NCBI GenBank assembly: GCA_036338695.1
Contig: JAYZBQ010000076.1
Coordinates: 32,001-96,000, forward strand
Direction: 5' to 3'
Source of the DNA: Myxococcota bacterium
GTDB taxonomy: Bacteria > Myxococcota > UBA4151
DNA length: 64,000 nt
In this document: piece by piece, positions 29,179 to 39,425 of the stretch
How the letters are laid out: the number at the start of each line of letters is the position of its first letter
How positions within the stretch are numbered: the first letter of the stretch is position 1
Notes under the pieces: generated by a model
Databases searched by the model: none
What the model was told of the DNA's origin: nothing
The model's input: only the letters and a program-made list of their open reading frames with translations
Position numbers and translations under genes: made by a program

Positions 29179-30291
29179 ATGCTAACGCTCGTTTTTATCG
29201 CCTCGCTGGCGCAGCCGCAGCCGGGTCAGAAGCTGTTGCGTGCGGACCTTGTTCGCAGCCCAAAGGGCTCGAACTTGGTCCTCGAGTTCGCCAAACCGAT
29301 CAAGCGCACCAGCGTCCCCATCGTCCCCGCCGGTCGGCGCCTCGTGCTCCACCTGCCCGGTCCCGTGAGCACGCGGCTCGCAGGCCAGCGTCAAGGGATG
29401 GGCGCAGTCTCGTCGGTTACGGCGCGTCGCGACCGCGTGACGCTGCAGCTCAACCGGCTCGCAAGACCCTTCGCAGACCGAGCGATCGTTCGGGCTAAGG
29501 GCACGACCTGGCGTCTGAAAATGGCGGATCCGACGGTCGAGCGCGACCTCGCCGATATGTTGCTCGGGACCGCCAAAGTGAAAGAGCGTAAACCTTTTGA
29601 CGCGCTCACTGAGTCAGCTAAGCTCAGCGAAGCCGCGCAAGAGAAGGTGAACGCCGAAGAGGTCATCGCAGAAGAGCCAGCCAAAGCGGCAGCCGGCCTC
29701 GCGGCCGTCGCCGCCGCTGCGCGCGGTGAGGCGCCACCTGCTGCCCCCACGAATCCACAAACACCCGGCGCCGGCGCGCCGGCGCCCATTGAACCCTCGG
29801 GCGACCTCGGTTCCACTGTGCGCGTGGTCGGCGGGATCGGCCTGGTGCTTATCGGCCTGCTCGGTTGGGTGGCATGGCGCCGCCGGCAGACGCCGATGGA
29901 GGAAGCCTTTGGTCTCAGGGTCGTGTCACGGGCTAAACTCGACACCAAAAGCTCGGTCGCTGTGCTTGAGGTCGGCGGAGCCGTGCTGATCATCGGGCTG
30001 AGTGATCAAGGACCGAGGCTGCTCGCCCGCCTTGATGACGGTCGAACCATGGAGGACGACGACCAAGGAGCTCAAGAGGTCGAGCGGCTGCGCGCCCTGG
30101 TCGGGAAGAATCCGGCAGATCGCTTGGGCGCGTGGGTCACGGCAGCGCAGGGCGGTCGCCCCGAGCCGGCGCAATCGGCGGCGCAGCCTTTACCCGCTGA
30201 GCCGGTCGCTGTCTCGACCCCGGCAGGGCACAACGAGCGTGCGGACCTTCAGCGACGCTTAGCCGAGATCCGACGGGTATGCTCGGACTAA
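29179..30291 (+). CDS. fliO: FliO with a long N-terminal periplasmic extension
   Basis: Lies between fliN and fliP; TM followed by LRVVSR..LD.KSSVAVLEVGG..LIIG. Confidence 0.75.
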   Translation: MLTLVFIASLAQPQPGQKLLRADLVRSPKGSNLVLEFAKPIKRTSVPIVPAGRRLVLHLPGPVSTRLAGQRQGMGAVSSVTARRDRVTLQLNRLARPFADRAIVRAKGTTWRLKMADPTVERDLADMLLGTAKVKERKPFDALTESAKLSEAAQEKVNAEEVIAEEPAKAAAGLAAVAAAARGEAPPAAPTNPQTPGAGAPAPIEPSGDLGSTVRVVGGIGLVLIGLLGWVAWRRRQTPMEEAFGLRVVSRAKLDTKSSVAVLEVGGAVLIIGLSDQGPRLLARLDDGRTMEDDDQGAQEVERLRALVGKNPADRLGAWVTAAQGGRPEPAQSAAQPLPAEPVAVSTPAGHNERADLQRRLAEIRRVCSD

Positions 30292-31052
30292 TCCAGCACG
30301 CCGCTCGCTTCGTCGCGCTCAGTGTGATTCTCGCCCCTGCGCTTGCGTTCGGTCAGGTCGACGCGCCCACGATTGCGCTGCCCGAGATGAGCATCAAGGT
30401 CGGTGGCGGCGACGGCAACCTCGTCGAGAGCCTCAAGGTCATGGGGCTGCTGACGGTCTTGACCTTGGCGCCGGCGATCATCATCTCGGTGACCAGCTTT
30501 ACCCGGATCATTATCGTCTTCGGTTTTTTAAGGACTGCGCTCGGCACGCAGAGCTCGCCCCCGAATCAGGTCTTGGTCAGTTTGGCGCTCTTCCTAACAG
30601 CTGCTGTCATGACGCCGGTGGCGTCAACGATCTGGAATGATGGCATCGTCCCCCACCAAGAGGGGCGCCTGTCAGACGTCGCCTTGCTCGGTGTTGCGAC
30701 CCAAAATATCCGTGGTTTTCTTTTGGTTCATACCCGCGATCAAGAGCTCATGACCGTTCATCGGCTGGCGGCTCAAGCCAGACCCAAAGCGCGCGAGGAC
30801 ATCGCCTTTCACCTGCTCGTCCCAGCCTTTATGCTCAGCGAGCTCAAGGCGGCTTTTCAGATCGGCTTCTTGGTGGCGCTCCCCTTTTTGGTGGTCGACC
30901 TCGCCGTAGCGACCCTGCTCATGAGCATGGGCATGATGATGCTGCCGCCGGTCATGATCTCGCTGCCGTTTAAGGTGCTTATCTTCCTACTCGCTGACGG
31001 CTGGAATCTGGTGGTCGTCAACCTCGCCCGCAGCTTCGGGATGGAGGTCTAA
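30279..31052 (+). CDS. fliP: Export apparatus protein FliP
   Basis: Motifs TSFTRI, PPNQVL, MGMMMLPP. Confidence 0.96.
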   Translation: MLGLIQHAARFVALSVILAPALAFGQVDAPTIALPEMSIKVGGGDGNLVESLKVMGLLTVLTLAPAIIISVTSFTRIIIVFGFLRTALGTQSSPPNQVLVSLALFLTAAVMTPVASTIWNDGIVPHQEGRLSDVALLGVATQNIRGFLLVHTRDQELMTVHRLAAQARPKAREDIAFHLLVPAFMLSELKAAFQIGFLVALPFLVVDLAVATLLMSMGMMMLPPVMISLPFKVLIFLLADGWNLVVVNLARSFGMEV

Positions 31053-31324
31053 TGGACGGGGCGACGGTCTCAGTGGCGCTGAGTCAAATGGTTGACGTCT
31101 CGATGCAGGTGGCGGGACCCTACCTCCTCGTTGGGCTCGTCGTCGGGCTGATCATGAGCCTGTTTCAGGCGCTGACTCAGCTGCAGGAGCCTTCACTTGT
31201 TTTCGTTCCAAAGGTTCTAGCGATCGTGGTGCTCATGGGGTTAATCGGCGCATGGACCAGCGACGTGATGGTGCGCTACACGGTCAATATGTTTGACCTG
31301 TTCGGCGCCACGCTCGCGCCCTGA
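31052..31324 (+). CDS. fliQ: Export apparatus protein FliQ
   Basis: Motif FQALTQLQE.SL.FVPK. Confidence 0.93.
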   Translation: MDGATVSVALSQMVDVSMQVAGPYLLVGLVVGLIMSLFQALTQLQEPSLVFVPKVLAIVVLMGLIGAWTSDVMVRYTVNMFDLFGATLAP

Positions 31325-32070
31325 TGGGGTTGCCGTGGATGCAACCGGAATGGTTGCTCGGGTTTGGCGTGATCATGGTTCGCCTGATCGCGTTTCTTGC
31401 CGTCTTACCCACCTTCCCGGGGAGCGCTTTTGGGCTGCGCATGCGAGGCATCATCGCTTTGTGGTTGGCGTGGTTGTTTCAGCTCGCCTCGCCGCTCGAG
31501 GTGGTCGATGTGGGGATGTCTTGGGCGGTCTACGAGCTGACCGCCTCGGCCTGCATCGGCGTGGTGCTCGGGTATACCGTGCGTCTGTCCCTCGATGCGC
31601 TGCATTTTGCCGGTGAGATCTTAGGGATCAACATTGGCTTAGGCTTAGCTGGGGTGGTCGACCCGAACACGGGGACCCGAGAGAACCCGGTCAGTCGCTT
31701 GCTCGTCATGGCCGGCGCGGTGGTCTTGCTGACGCTCGATCTGCACCTCGGGATCCTCGAGCTGCTGCGTCAGAGCTTTTCTTGGCAACCCCACGTCGAC
31801 TTATGGATGTACGGACCGCGCGCGGGCGCCCGTATGATCGAGGAGGGGGTTCGGTTCGGCTTGCCGGTGGTCGGTGGCGCCACCTTGCTGTACCTGCTCT
31901 TCGGTGTCTTGGCGCGCGTGGCGCCGCAGATTCAGATCTTTCAGATCGCCTACAGCGTGACCATTTTAGGGGGGCTTTTCATCCTCTACCTTGAGGTCCC
32001 TCAGCTCCCGGCGCTCGTGGAGAGCTTCTTGCAGTCTCACCTGGACGCCCTTGCGTTGTTGGTCCGCTGA
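31324..32070 (+). CDS. fliR: Export apparatus protein FliR
   Basis: Multi-TM protein; motifs AGE...IG, VDP, RVAPQIQIF. Confidence 0.88.
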   Translation: MGLPWMQPEWLLGFGVIMVRLIAFLAVLPTFPGSAFGLRMRGIIALWLAWLFQLASPLEVVDVGMSWAVYELTASACIGVVLGYTVRLSLDALHFAGEILGINIGLGLAGVVDPNTGTRENPVSRLLVMAGAVVLLTLDLHLGILELLRQSFSWQPHVDLWMYGPRAGARMIEEGVRFGLPVVGGATLLYLLFGVLARVAPQIQIFQIAYSVTILGGLFILYLEVPQLPALVESFLQSHLDALALLVR

Positions 32071-32111
32071 GCGAGTGGAGCGGCTGACGCGAGGCGCCGA
32101 GAGGGGCTGCG

Positions 32112-33197
32112 GTGGCTGAAGAGGACAAAGACTCAAAAACTGAGATGCCGACGCCTCAGAAGATTGAGGACGCCCGCAAGAAGGGGCAGGTCGCCTTCAG
32201 CCGTGAGGTGGGCTCGGTAGTCATCGTTTTTGGCGGAGCGCTCGCCTTTTTGGCTTTTGGGCGTTCGCTCGCCAAGGGGGTGATCGAGCTCACCGAGATC
32301 GCCTACCATCGCATCGCACAGCCCAACGCGCCGCTCGGCGACCTCGTGATGGACCTAGCGCTGCTGGTGGGGATTCCGCTGGCGGGGATCATGATCTTTC
32401 TCGGGCTGTTGTTGTTCGCCGCCAGCTTTGCGCAGGTGGGGGCGCTGGTGGCTTGGGAGGCGATCAAGCCTGACATCAACAAGCTCAACCCGATCAAAAA
32501 AGCCAAACAGATGTACTTCAGCGTTCAAGGGTTCGCCGATTTCGTCAAAGCGCTGCTCAAGATCGTCGGGCTCGGCTTTGTGGGGTATCTCGTGCTCCGG
32601 AGCCGATTTTATGAGCTACCGTCAATTATTTGGATGCACCCGGCGGAAGGTCTGGGGAAGGTCGGCGAGATCGCCTTGTTTCTGGTCTTCTCGGTCGCTG
32701 CCTTGCTCGCAATCATCGCAACGATCGACGTGTTTTATGTGCGCTGGAAGTACACGCGCGACCTGATGATGAGCTTGCGCGATATCCGCGACGAGACCAA
32801 AGGGCGAGAGGGCTCTCCTGAGGTCCGAAGCAAGCGCCGTCAAAAGCAGGTCGAGATGAGCCAACAACGCTTAGGTTCGACGGTTCCGACCGCTGATGTC
32901 GTCGTGACCAACCCGACGCACTTCGCGGTGGCGATCAAGTACGACATGTCCGCAGATGGGGCGCCGATGGTGGTCGCTAAGGGGACCGATAAGGTGGCGT
33001 TTAAGATCCGCTCGATCGCGCGTGAGCACGGCGTCGCAGTGGTCGAGAACCGTTATCTGGCAAGAATCTTGTACGCAAAGGTTCGTGTCGGCGCCGAGAT
33101 CCCCGAGTCCCTTTGGAAAGCGGTGGCGGAGGTCCTCAAGCAGGTCGACCACATTCGCCGTCGCGTGCTGCGCCGCAGCGCCCGACCAGGAGGCTAA
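32112..33197 (+). CDS. flhB: Export apparatus protein FlhB
   Basis: KTE.PT..K...ARKKGQV; NPTH autocleavage motif. Confidence 0.95.
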   Translation: MAEEDKDSKTEMPTPQKIEDARKKGQVAFSREVGSVVIVFGGALAFLAFGRSLAKGVIELTEIAYHRIAQPNAPLGDLVMDLALLVGIPLAGIMIFLGLLLFAASFAQVGALVAWEAIKPDINKLNPIKKAKQMYFSVQGFADFVKALLKIVGLGFVGYLVLRSRFYELPSIIWMHPAEGLGKVGEIALFLVFSVAALLAIIATIDVFYVRWKYTRDLMMSLRDIRDETKGREGSPEVRSKRRQKQVEMSQQRLGSTVPTADVVVTNPTHFAVAIKYDMSADGAPMVVAKGTDKVAFKIRSIAREHGVAVVENRYLARILYAKVRVGAEIPESLWKAVAEVLKQVDHIRRRVLRRSARPGG

Positions 33198-35270
33198 ATG
33201 GACAACCTGCAGCGAGACCGAGGAAACGCCATCGCCGCCTTCGGGATGATGGGCGTCATTTTGTTGCTGATCCTGCCGCTGCCTGCGGCGGTCTTGGACA
33301 TTATGCTGGCCTTGAGCATCTCCATCGCCTTGGTGGTGCTGGTGGCGTCGCTGTATGTCGAGCGACCCGCCGATTTTACGGTCTTTCCTGCGCTGCTGCT
33401 GGCGACGACGCTGTTTCGGCTAGCGCTCAACGTGGGCTCGACGCGCCTGATCCTGCTCAAAGGGAACGAAGGGCCGGGCGCTGCGGGCGATGTGATCGCC
33501 ACCTTCGGGACCTTTGTTGTTGGCGGCAATTATGTCGTCGGGATGATCATCTTCCTGATCTTAGTGATCATCAACTTCATGGTGGTCACCAAGGGTGCCG
33601 GCCGCATCGCTGAGGTGGCGGCGCGCTTCACCTTGGACGCCATGCCCGGAAAGCAGATGGCGATCGACGCCGACCTCGGCGCCGGGATGATCGACGAGAC
33701 CGAGGCGCGCAAACGGCGCGAGGCGGTGGCGCAAGAGGCTGACTTTTACGGCGCGATGGACGGCGCCTCTAAGTTCGTTCGAGGCGACGCGATCGCCGGC
33801 CTTTTGATCACTGCGATCAACATCGTCGCCGGCTTGATTATCGGTGTCGGGCAGCAGGGCATGGAGCTCAGCGCGGCGGCATCGAATTATACCATTTTGA
33901 CGATCGGCGATGGGCTCGTCTCTCAGATGCCTGCGCTGCTGATCTCGGTCGCAGCCGGTATCGTGGTGTCGCGTGCGGGCTCGAAGCAGGTCATCAGCGC
34001 TGAGGTGCAGGATCAGCTCTTCAATCACGCCGGAAAGCTGAACGTGGTGGCGGTGGTGATCGTCTTGCTGGCGCTGATCCCCGGTATGCCGACCTTCAGC
34101 TTCTTGATGCTCGCCGGGGGCGTGGCCTTTGCTGCGAATCAGATCCGGATCAAGCGAAAGGCTGCTGAGGAAGAGGGGCTCACGCTCGAGCGGATTGAGG
34201 ACAAGGGGTTGTCGGAGCGTCAGCGCTTGGAGCGGCTGCTCCCGCTTGACGCGATCGCGCTCGAGGTCAGCTTTCCGCTCGTGCCGCTGGTCGATGCGCA
34301 GCGAGACGGCGACCTGCTCGACAGGATCCAAGCGGTTCGAAAACAGATCGCGCTGCAGTATGGGATCATCCTCCCTCAGGTGCATATTCGTGACAATATT
34401 GAGCTCGAAGGCGGCGTCTACCGAGTGCTCGTTAAGGGCGTCTCGGTGGCTGAGGGGCTGGTGCGCTACGGGCAGTACCTCGGCATGGACCCAGGGACCG
34501 TGTTCGACCCGATGGACGGTGAGAAGACCACCGAGCCTGCCTTTGGCCTTGAGGCGATCTGGGTGCCCGCTGAGGATCGAGACGACGCCGAGCTGCGCGG
34601 TTACACGGTCGTCGACTGCTCGACGGTGATCGCCACACACCTGACGGAGGTGGTCAAGGCGCACATCGACGAGCTCTTCGGCGACAGCGAGATCGACGAC
34701 GTGTTACGCATCACGGCCGAACACAGCCCTAAACTCGTGGAGGACCTGATCCCAGCGAAGTTGAGCCGCGGTGAGCTGTTACGGGTAATGCGGAACCTGC
34801 TGCGGGAAGGGGTCTCGGTGCGCGATATGCGCACGGTGCTCGAGACCCTCGCTGATCGCATCCATGAGACCAAGAACACTGATATCCTAGCTGAGTACGT
34901 GCGCTATCGCTTGGGGTCGGCCATCTGCTCTGAGCTCGCTGATGATGCGCTGCAGATCCAAGGTCTGGTGCTCGACGGGGTGGCGAGCCAGGCGATCCGC
35001 GAGAGCCTGACGGCGATCGATTCCGAGGTTCATGTGGGCTTACAGCCCAATGCGGCACGCGGCTTGCTTTCTAACCTATCGGATCAAATGGAGCAGTTTG
35101 TAGTGAGTGGTCGACAGCCTGTGCTCGTGGTTCCTGCAGAGATTCGCCGCCCCGTGCGCGACTTTCTCGCCCGCCACCTCGGGATGCTGACCGTCCTGTC
35201 GCATCGAGAGATCCCGTCGCGCTACCGCCTTGAGGCGGTCGGTGAGGTGGGGCTGCAAGCGGCGGCGTGA
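33198..35270 (+). CDS. flhA: Export gate protein FlhA
   Basis: Motifs AEVAARFTLDAMPGKQMAIDADL and GAMDGASKFVRGD. Confidence 0.97.
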   Translation: MDNLQRDRGNAIAAFGMMGVILLLILPLPAAVLDIMLALSISIALVVLVASLYVERPADFTVFPALLLATTLFRLALNVGSTRLILLKGNEGPGAAGDVIATFGTFVVGGNYVVGMIIFLILVIINFMVVTKGAGRIAEVAARFTLDAMPGKQMAIDADLGAGMIDETEARKRREAVAQEADFYGAMDGASKFVRGDAIAGLLITAINIVAGLIIGVGQQGMELSAAASNYTILTIGDGLVSQMPALLISVAAGIVVSRAGSKQVISAEVQDQLFNHAGKLNVVAVVIVLLALIPGMPTFSFLMLAGGVAFAANQIRIKRKAAEEEGLTLERIEDKGLSERQRLERLLPLDAIALEVSFPLVPLVDAQRDGDLLDRIQAVRKQIALQYGIILPQVHIRDNIELEGGVYRVLVKGVSVAEGLVRYGQYLGMDPGTVFDPMDGEKTTEPAFGLEAIWVPAEDRDDAELRGYTVVDCSTVIATHLTEVVKAHIDELFGDSEIDDVLRITAEHSPKLVEDLIPAKLSRGELLRVMRNLLREGVSVRDMRTVLETLADRIHETKNTDILAEYVRYRLGSAICSELADDALQIQGLVLDGVASQAIRESLTAIDSEVHVGLQPNAARGLLSNLSDQMEQFVVSGRQPVLVVPAEIRRPVRDFLARHLGMLTVLSHREIPSRYRLEAVGEVGLQAAA

Positions 35271-35281
35271 TCGGTTAGCGG

Positions 35282-36541
35282 ATGAAAGTACAGACCTACA
35301 CAGCGACGACCATCAAGGATGCCCTGCGGCAGGTCCGTGAGCAGCACGGACCGGACGCAGTGATCCTCGAGACACGACAGAAAGGTGACGGTTCACGCAC
35401 CTGGCACGAGGTCTCCGTGGCGCCCGCAGGTGCTAAGCCAGAGGCTGTCAAGCCGCTGTTCGAGGAGCCAAAGCCGGTCAACGGTCGCTATGGGCCGAAG
35501 GCTTATGCCCGTCAGATGGATGACGCCACGGCGGCGACCAGCGCACCCAAGACCACGCTCACCCCAGCGCCGGCGATCGATGACGAGCTCAAGGCGCTGC
35601 GTCATGAGATCCGGCGGGTCGCCTCGTTGCATCAACCGCAGGTCGACCCGGTCGACCAGGCGCTCAGGACGTTTGGGCGCTCGTTCGAGCGGGGCCTCGA
35701 AGAGACCCGAGACCTCCTTCGGGCGCTCCTGAGCGAGACCCGGGCGCAGACAGAGATGGGGTTTGAGCCCGCTCAAGCCAAGCTGTACACATTGCTGACG
35801 CACAACGGCGTCGAGGATCTGCTCGCCGAGGAGTTAGTGCGTGGGCTCGACGCTTCCGAGGGCGGCGCGATCGATCTGCGGCGCCAGCTCGCTGAGCGGC
35901 TGCTCGGGCGGGTGCGCACGGCTGCGCCGCTGGCGACACGCCGAGGGCGCCAGGTCGTCGGGTTCTTCGGACCGACAGGGGTCGGGAAGACCACGACGAT
36001 CGCAAAGATCGCCGCTGACGCCTCCATCCGCTACGGTCGTAAGGTCGGCTTGATTACGAGCGACACGTACCGGATCGCTGCGGTGGAGCAGCTCGCCGCT
36101 TATGCCGATATTTTGGAGCTGCCGCTCGAGGTGGCGCAGGGGAAAGAGGAGCTCGCCAAGCGGCTCCGGTCGATGAAGACCTGCGACCTGGTGCTCGTCG
36201 ATACGGCGGGGCGTAACCCCAAAGACGATCAGGCGGTCGCTCAGATGGCGGATGACCTCAGCCCCGAGCTGATCCCAACGCGGATGCTTTGCGTCGCCGC
36301 TGGGACCAACCCTCGGACGCTCGCCGAGGTGCTGCGCGCGTTCAAGCCGGTGGGAGTCAGCGAGTTGACGATAACGAAGATGGATGAGTGCGTCGGTCAC
36401 GGATCGATGCTAAACGCTCATCTAAGGACCGGCTACCCGCTGACCTACTACACGACCGGCCAGCGAGTCCCTGAGGACATCGAGGCGGCGAGTGCAGAGC
36501 GCTTAGTGCGGTTAGTCCTCGAACAGTGGGTGGTAGGATGA
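35282..36541 (+). CDS. flhF: SRP-type GTPase FlhF
   Basis: Motifs GPTGVGKTTT, DTYRIAA, DTAGR, TKMDE, GQRVPEDI. Confidence 0.95.
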   Translation: MKVQTYTATTIKDALRQVREQHGPDAVILETRQKGDGSRTWHEVSVAPAGAKPEAVKPLFEEPKPVNGRYGPKAYARQMDDATAATSAPKTTLTPAPAIDDELKALRHEIRRVASLHQPQVDPVDQALRTFGRSFERGLEETRDLLRALLSETRAQTEMGFEPAQAKLYTLLTHNGVEDLLAEELVRGLDASEGGAIDLRRQLAERLLGRVRTAAPLATRRGRQVVGFFGPTGVGKTTTIAKIAADASIRYGRKVGLITSDTYRIAAVEQLAAYADILELPLEVAQGKEELAKRLRSMKTCDLVLVDTAGRNPKDDQAVAQMADDLSPELIPTRMLCVAAGTNPRTLAEVLRAFKPVGVSELTITKMDECVGHGSMLNAHLRTGYPLTYYTTGQRVPEDIEAASAERLVRLVLEQWVVG

Positions 36542-37425
36542 GCTCGGATCAAGCGAAGACCCTCAGGGATCTGCGTCAGCAAGCTGACGCGCGCCGCCGC
36601 ACGGGCCAGACGGACGTGCCGAGCACCCGCGTGATCGCCGTGACGTCCGGAAAGGGCGGCGTGGGCAAGACCAACTGCGTCGCAAACCTTGCGGTGGAGC
36701 TCAGCCGGCGCGGGCGTAAGGTGTTGATCCTCGACGCGGACCTTGGGCTGGCCAACGTCGATATTTTGCTAGGCCTCGCGCCCAACGGTCACCTCGGCGA
36801 TGTGCTGTCCGGTATCCGGGAGATCGGTGAGATCATCCTGCACGGTCCCGAGGGCGTTGATCTGCTTCCGGCGGCGTCCGGGATCGCTGAGGTGACGGCG
36901 CTCTCGGAGGCGCAGAAGGCGCGCCTGAAGATGGCGCTTGAGCGCCTGCGGGACAGCTACGACACGCTGCTGGTCGACACCGGCGCTGGGATCAGCTCCA
37001 ACGTGATCTATTTCGCCGGCGCTGCCCAAGACGTCGTGGTCGTCGTGACGCCTGAGCCGACGGCCTTGGCGGACGCTTACGCAGTGATCAAAGTGCTCAG
37101 GAACCGCCGTAAGGTTCGACGGTTCCAGCTGCTCGTCAACCAGGTGCACCAAGTCAGTGCAGCCGAGGCTGTTCATGAGCGGCTGCTGCGTGTCGCCGAG
37201 CGCTTCTTGGACGTCGAGATCAACTTGCTCGGGCATATCTACGCCGACTCGGCGGTGCAGCGAGCGGTGATGGAGCAAGGACCGCTGGTCCAGCTCTACC
37301 CGACCGCTCCAGCGGCGCGTTGCTTCGCTCAGATCGCCCAGCGGCTCGACATGTTGCCGCCGCCGATGCGTGACGGGGCGGTCGATCGGTTCTGGGATCA
37401 TCTGCTCAAGGCGGAGGGCGCATGA
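36538..37425 (+). CDS. flhG: MinD-like ATPase FlhG/FleN
   Basis: Motifs DQA..LR, SGKGGVGKT, DADLGLAN. Confidence 0.93.
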   Translation: MSSDQAKTLRDLRQQADARRRTGQTDVPSTRVIAVTSGKGGVGKTNCVANLAVELSRRGRKVLILDADLGLANVDILLGLAPNGHLGDVLSGIREIGEIILHGPEGVDLLPAASGIAEVTALSEAQKARLKMALERLRDSYDTLLVDTGAGISSNVIYFAGAAQDVVVVVTPEPTALADAYAVIKVLRNRRKVRRFQLLVNQVHQVSAAEAVHERLLRVAERFLDVEINLLGHIYADSAVQRAVMEQGPLVQLYPTAPAARCFAQIAQRLDMLPPPMRDGAVDRFWDHLLKAEGA

Positions 37426-38171
37426 TGACGCGCGGCTACGCCTTCGCTCAGACGGATGGCGATCGAGAGCGGCGGATTCGCCAGTACATGAGCTTGGTGC
37501 ACCGGGTGGCGCGCCGGATCGTGCGCCGGCTCCCGTCGATGGTCGATCTGCAGGACCTTCAGCAGGTCGGCGTCATCGGCTTGATCGACGCGATCGATCG
37601 GTACGACTCGAGCCGCTCCGAGCGTTTCGAGGCTTATGCCGAGTACCGCATCAAGGGTGCGATTTTGGATCACCTGCGCCAGGTCGATCACCTCAGCCGA
37701 CGTCATCGCGGGCGGATCAACGCCCTGCGTGAAGCGACCGAGCGGCTGCGCTCCGAGTCCGGCCAGGAGCCCTCAAGCGCCGAGCTAGCGCAAGAGCTCG
37801 GGGTCACGGTCGAGCAGGTGGAGTCGTTGCGTACGGAGGCTAGCAGCAGCTGGATGTCTTACGACGAGGCGGGCGGAAATTCCGAGGGTGGCGGCAGCGG
37901 CTCAGGGGGTGCGATTTTAGCGAGTCTTGAGCGCGGTGATGATGTTCTTGATGTCGTCGCTCAACGAGAAGCGCACGGCATGCTCGCCGACGCCGTGGGT
38001 CAGCTCCCGGAGCGCCTGCAGCTGCTCTTGTCGCTCTACTACCAAGAGGCGCTGACGTATCGAGAGATCGCCGAGGTCTTGTCGGTGACCGTTGGTCGCG
38101 TCTCGCAGCTGCACACCGAGGCGACCAAGCGTCTGCGCGGTCTGCTTGGCGACAAGTTGGAGCTGGGATGA
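37422..38171 (+). CDS. fliA: RNA polymerase sigma-28 factor
   Basis: Motifs YA.YRIKGAILD.LR and GRVSQLH. Confidence 0.93.
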   Translation: MMTRGYAFAQTDGDRERRIRQYMSLVHRVARRIVRRLPSMVDLQDLQQVGVIGLIDAIDRYDSSRSERFEAYAEYRIKGAILDHLRQVDHLSRRHRGRINALREATERLRSESGQEPSSAELAQELGVTVEQVESLRTEASSSWMSYDEAGGNSEGGGSGSGGAILASLERGDDVLDVVAQREAHGMLADAVGQLPERLQLLLSLYYQEALTYREIAEVLSVTVGRVSQLHTEATKRLRGLLGDKLELG

Positions 38172-38596
38172 AGCGTTTCGTCTTCGGCCTGGAGACGCTT
38201 CGCCGCATACGCATTCAAAAAAGACGAGAAGCGGAGGCTGAGCTTGGGCGAGCCAGCGCGCTGTGCGAGCGTATTGCGAGCACCATGAAGTCAACCCAAG
38301 ACGAGATCACCCAAGGCCCGCAGAGCCGCGAGCCGAAGTGGGCGTTTCAAGAGCAGGCGTACCTCGCTCGTTTGAAGTCTCGTTTGGAGCAGTTGGCGTC
38401 AGAATTGCTCGATGCACGCCGAGTAGAGGCTGTTTGGCGTCAGAATTTGTCTATCGCTCAGCGCGACGAGGAGATCATCGAGAACCTCCGCGAGGCGCAG
38501 TGGGGGCGCTGGCGTAAAGAGATGCTCAAGGCGGAGCAAAAGGTCCTCGACGACCTCGCGAACAGGCGACCTCAAAAAAAGACGTTCTCGGCCTAA
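38168..38596 (+). CDS. fliJ: FliJ-family flagellar export protein
   Basis: N-terminal MKRF.F.LE.L..IR, coiled coil, C-terminal EQK.LDD. Confidence 0.75.
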   Translation: MKRFVFGLETLRRIRIQKRREAEAELGRASALCERIASTMKSTQDEITQGPQSREPKWAFQEQAYLARLKSRLEQLASELLDARRVEAVWRQNLSIAQRDEEIIENLREAQWGRWRKEMLKAEQKVLDDLANRRPQKKTFSA

Positions 38597-38616
38597 ACAT
38601 TCCCAAAATGTGGGGT

Positions 38617-38631
38617 TGGCACGCCCCTTGC
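38617..38631 (+). promoter_or_regulatory. Sigma54 (-24/-12) promoter of the flgFGAHIJ operon
   Basis: TGGCACGCCCCTTGC matches TGGCACG-N4-TTGC and ends 26 nt before the flgF ATG. Confidence 0.85.
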
Positions 38632-38656
38632 CATGACCTGTGGAGAGGGAGGTGTC

Positions 38657-39415
38657 ATGGCGGATGGACTGTGGACAGCGCTGAGCGGACTGCGCGTGCG
38701 GCAGCAGCGGCTCGACAACCTCGCGAACCGGCTCGCCAACGCGAACACGGTTGGGTTTCGGCGGCAGGTGCACCTCAGCCAGGAGCACCGAAGCTCGCCG
38801 GAGCATGTGATCGTTGAGCAGGCGCCGGCTGATATGACGCTGCGTCATCTCCCGGGCGATCACGTGATGGTGCGCGCCGCTGGGACGCAGCTGCGCGAGG
38901 AAGAGGGGGTCATGAATCAGACCGGGCGCCCCCTCGACCTGGCTCTCCAGGGCGCCCAAGGCTACTTCGTGGTTCAAGATGGCAACGCCCAAGAGATGCT
39001 CACCCGCGACGGGCGCTTCCGGATCGCGCCGAGCGGCCAGCTCGAGACCCTCGACGGCGCCGCTGTTTTAGGCGAGGGCGGCTCGATCAACTTTCCTCAA
39101 GACACCAACCCACAAGAGATCTCGGTCTTGGCGGACGGGTCGATTCAGGTCGGCGATACGTTGGTGGGACAGCTTCGGCTCGGATACGCCGAGCCACAGG
39201 CGCTTGAGGCGGTCGGGAACAACCGTTTCACAACCGATGAGATCAATGCGGCTCAGGACATCGCAGTCGCCCAAGGATACCAAGAGCAGAGCACGGTAAA
39301 TGCGGTCAAAGCCATGGTGGATTTGATCGATACGCACCGCAGTTTTGACGCCAACATGAAGTTGGTCACCAGCTACAAAGAACTCGACCAAGAAGCCGTA
39401 CAGCTTCTCAGATAA
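38657..39415 (+). CDS. flgF: Flagellar proximal rod protein FlgF
   Basis: Motifs AN.LANANTVGFR, TGRPLDLAL, TRDGRF. Confidence 0.85.
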   Translation: MADGLWTALSGLRVRQQRLDNLANRLANANTVGFRRQVHLSQEHRSSPEHVIVEQAPADMTLRHLPGDHVMVRAAGTQLREEEGVMNQTGRPLDLALQGAQGYFVVQDGNAQEMLTRDGRFRIAPSGQLETLDGAAVLGEGGSINFPQDTNPQEISVLADGSIQVGDTLVGQLRLGYAEPQALEAVGNNRFTTDEINAAQDIAVAQGYQEQSTVNAVKAMVDLIDTHRSFDANMKLVTSYKELDQEAVQLLR

Positions 39416-39425
39416 GGAGTAAGGA

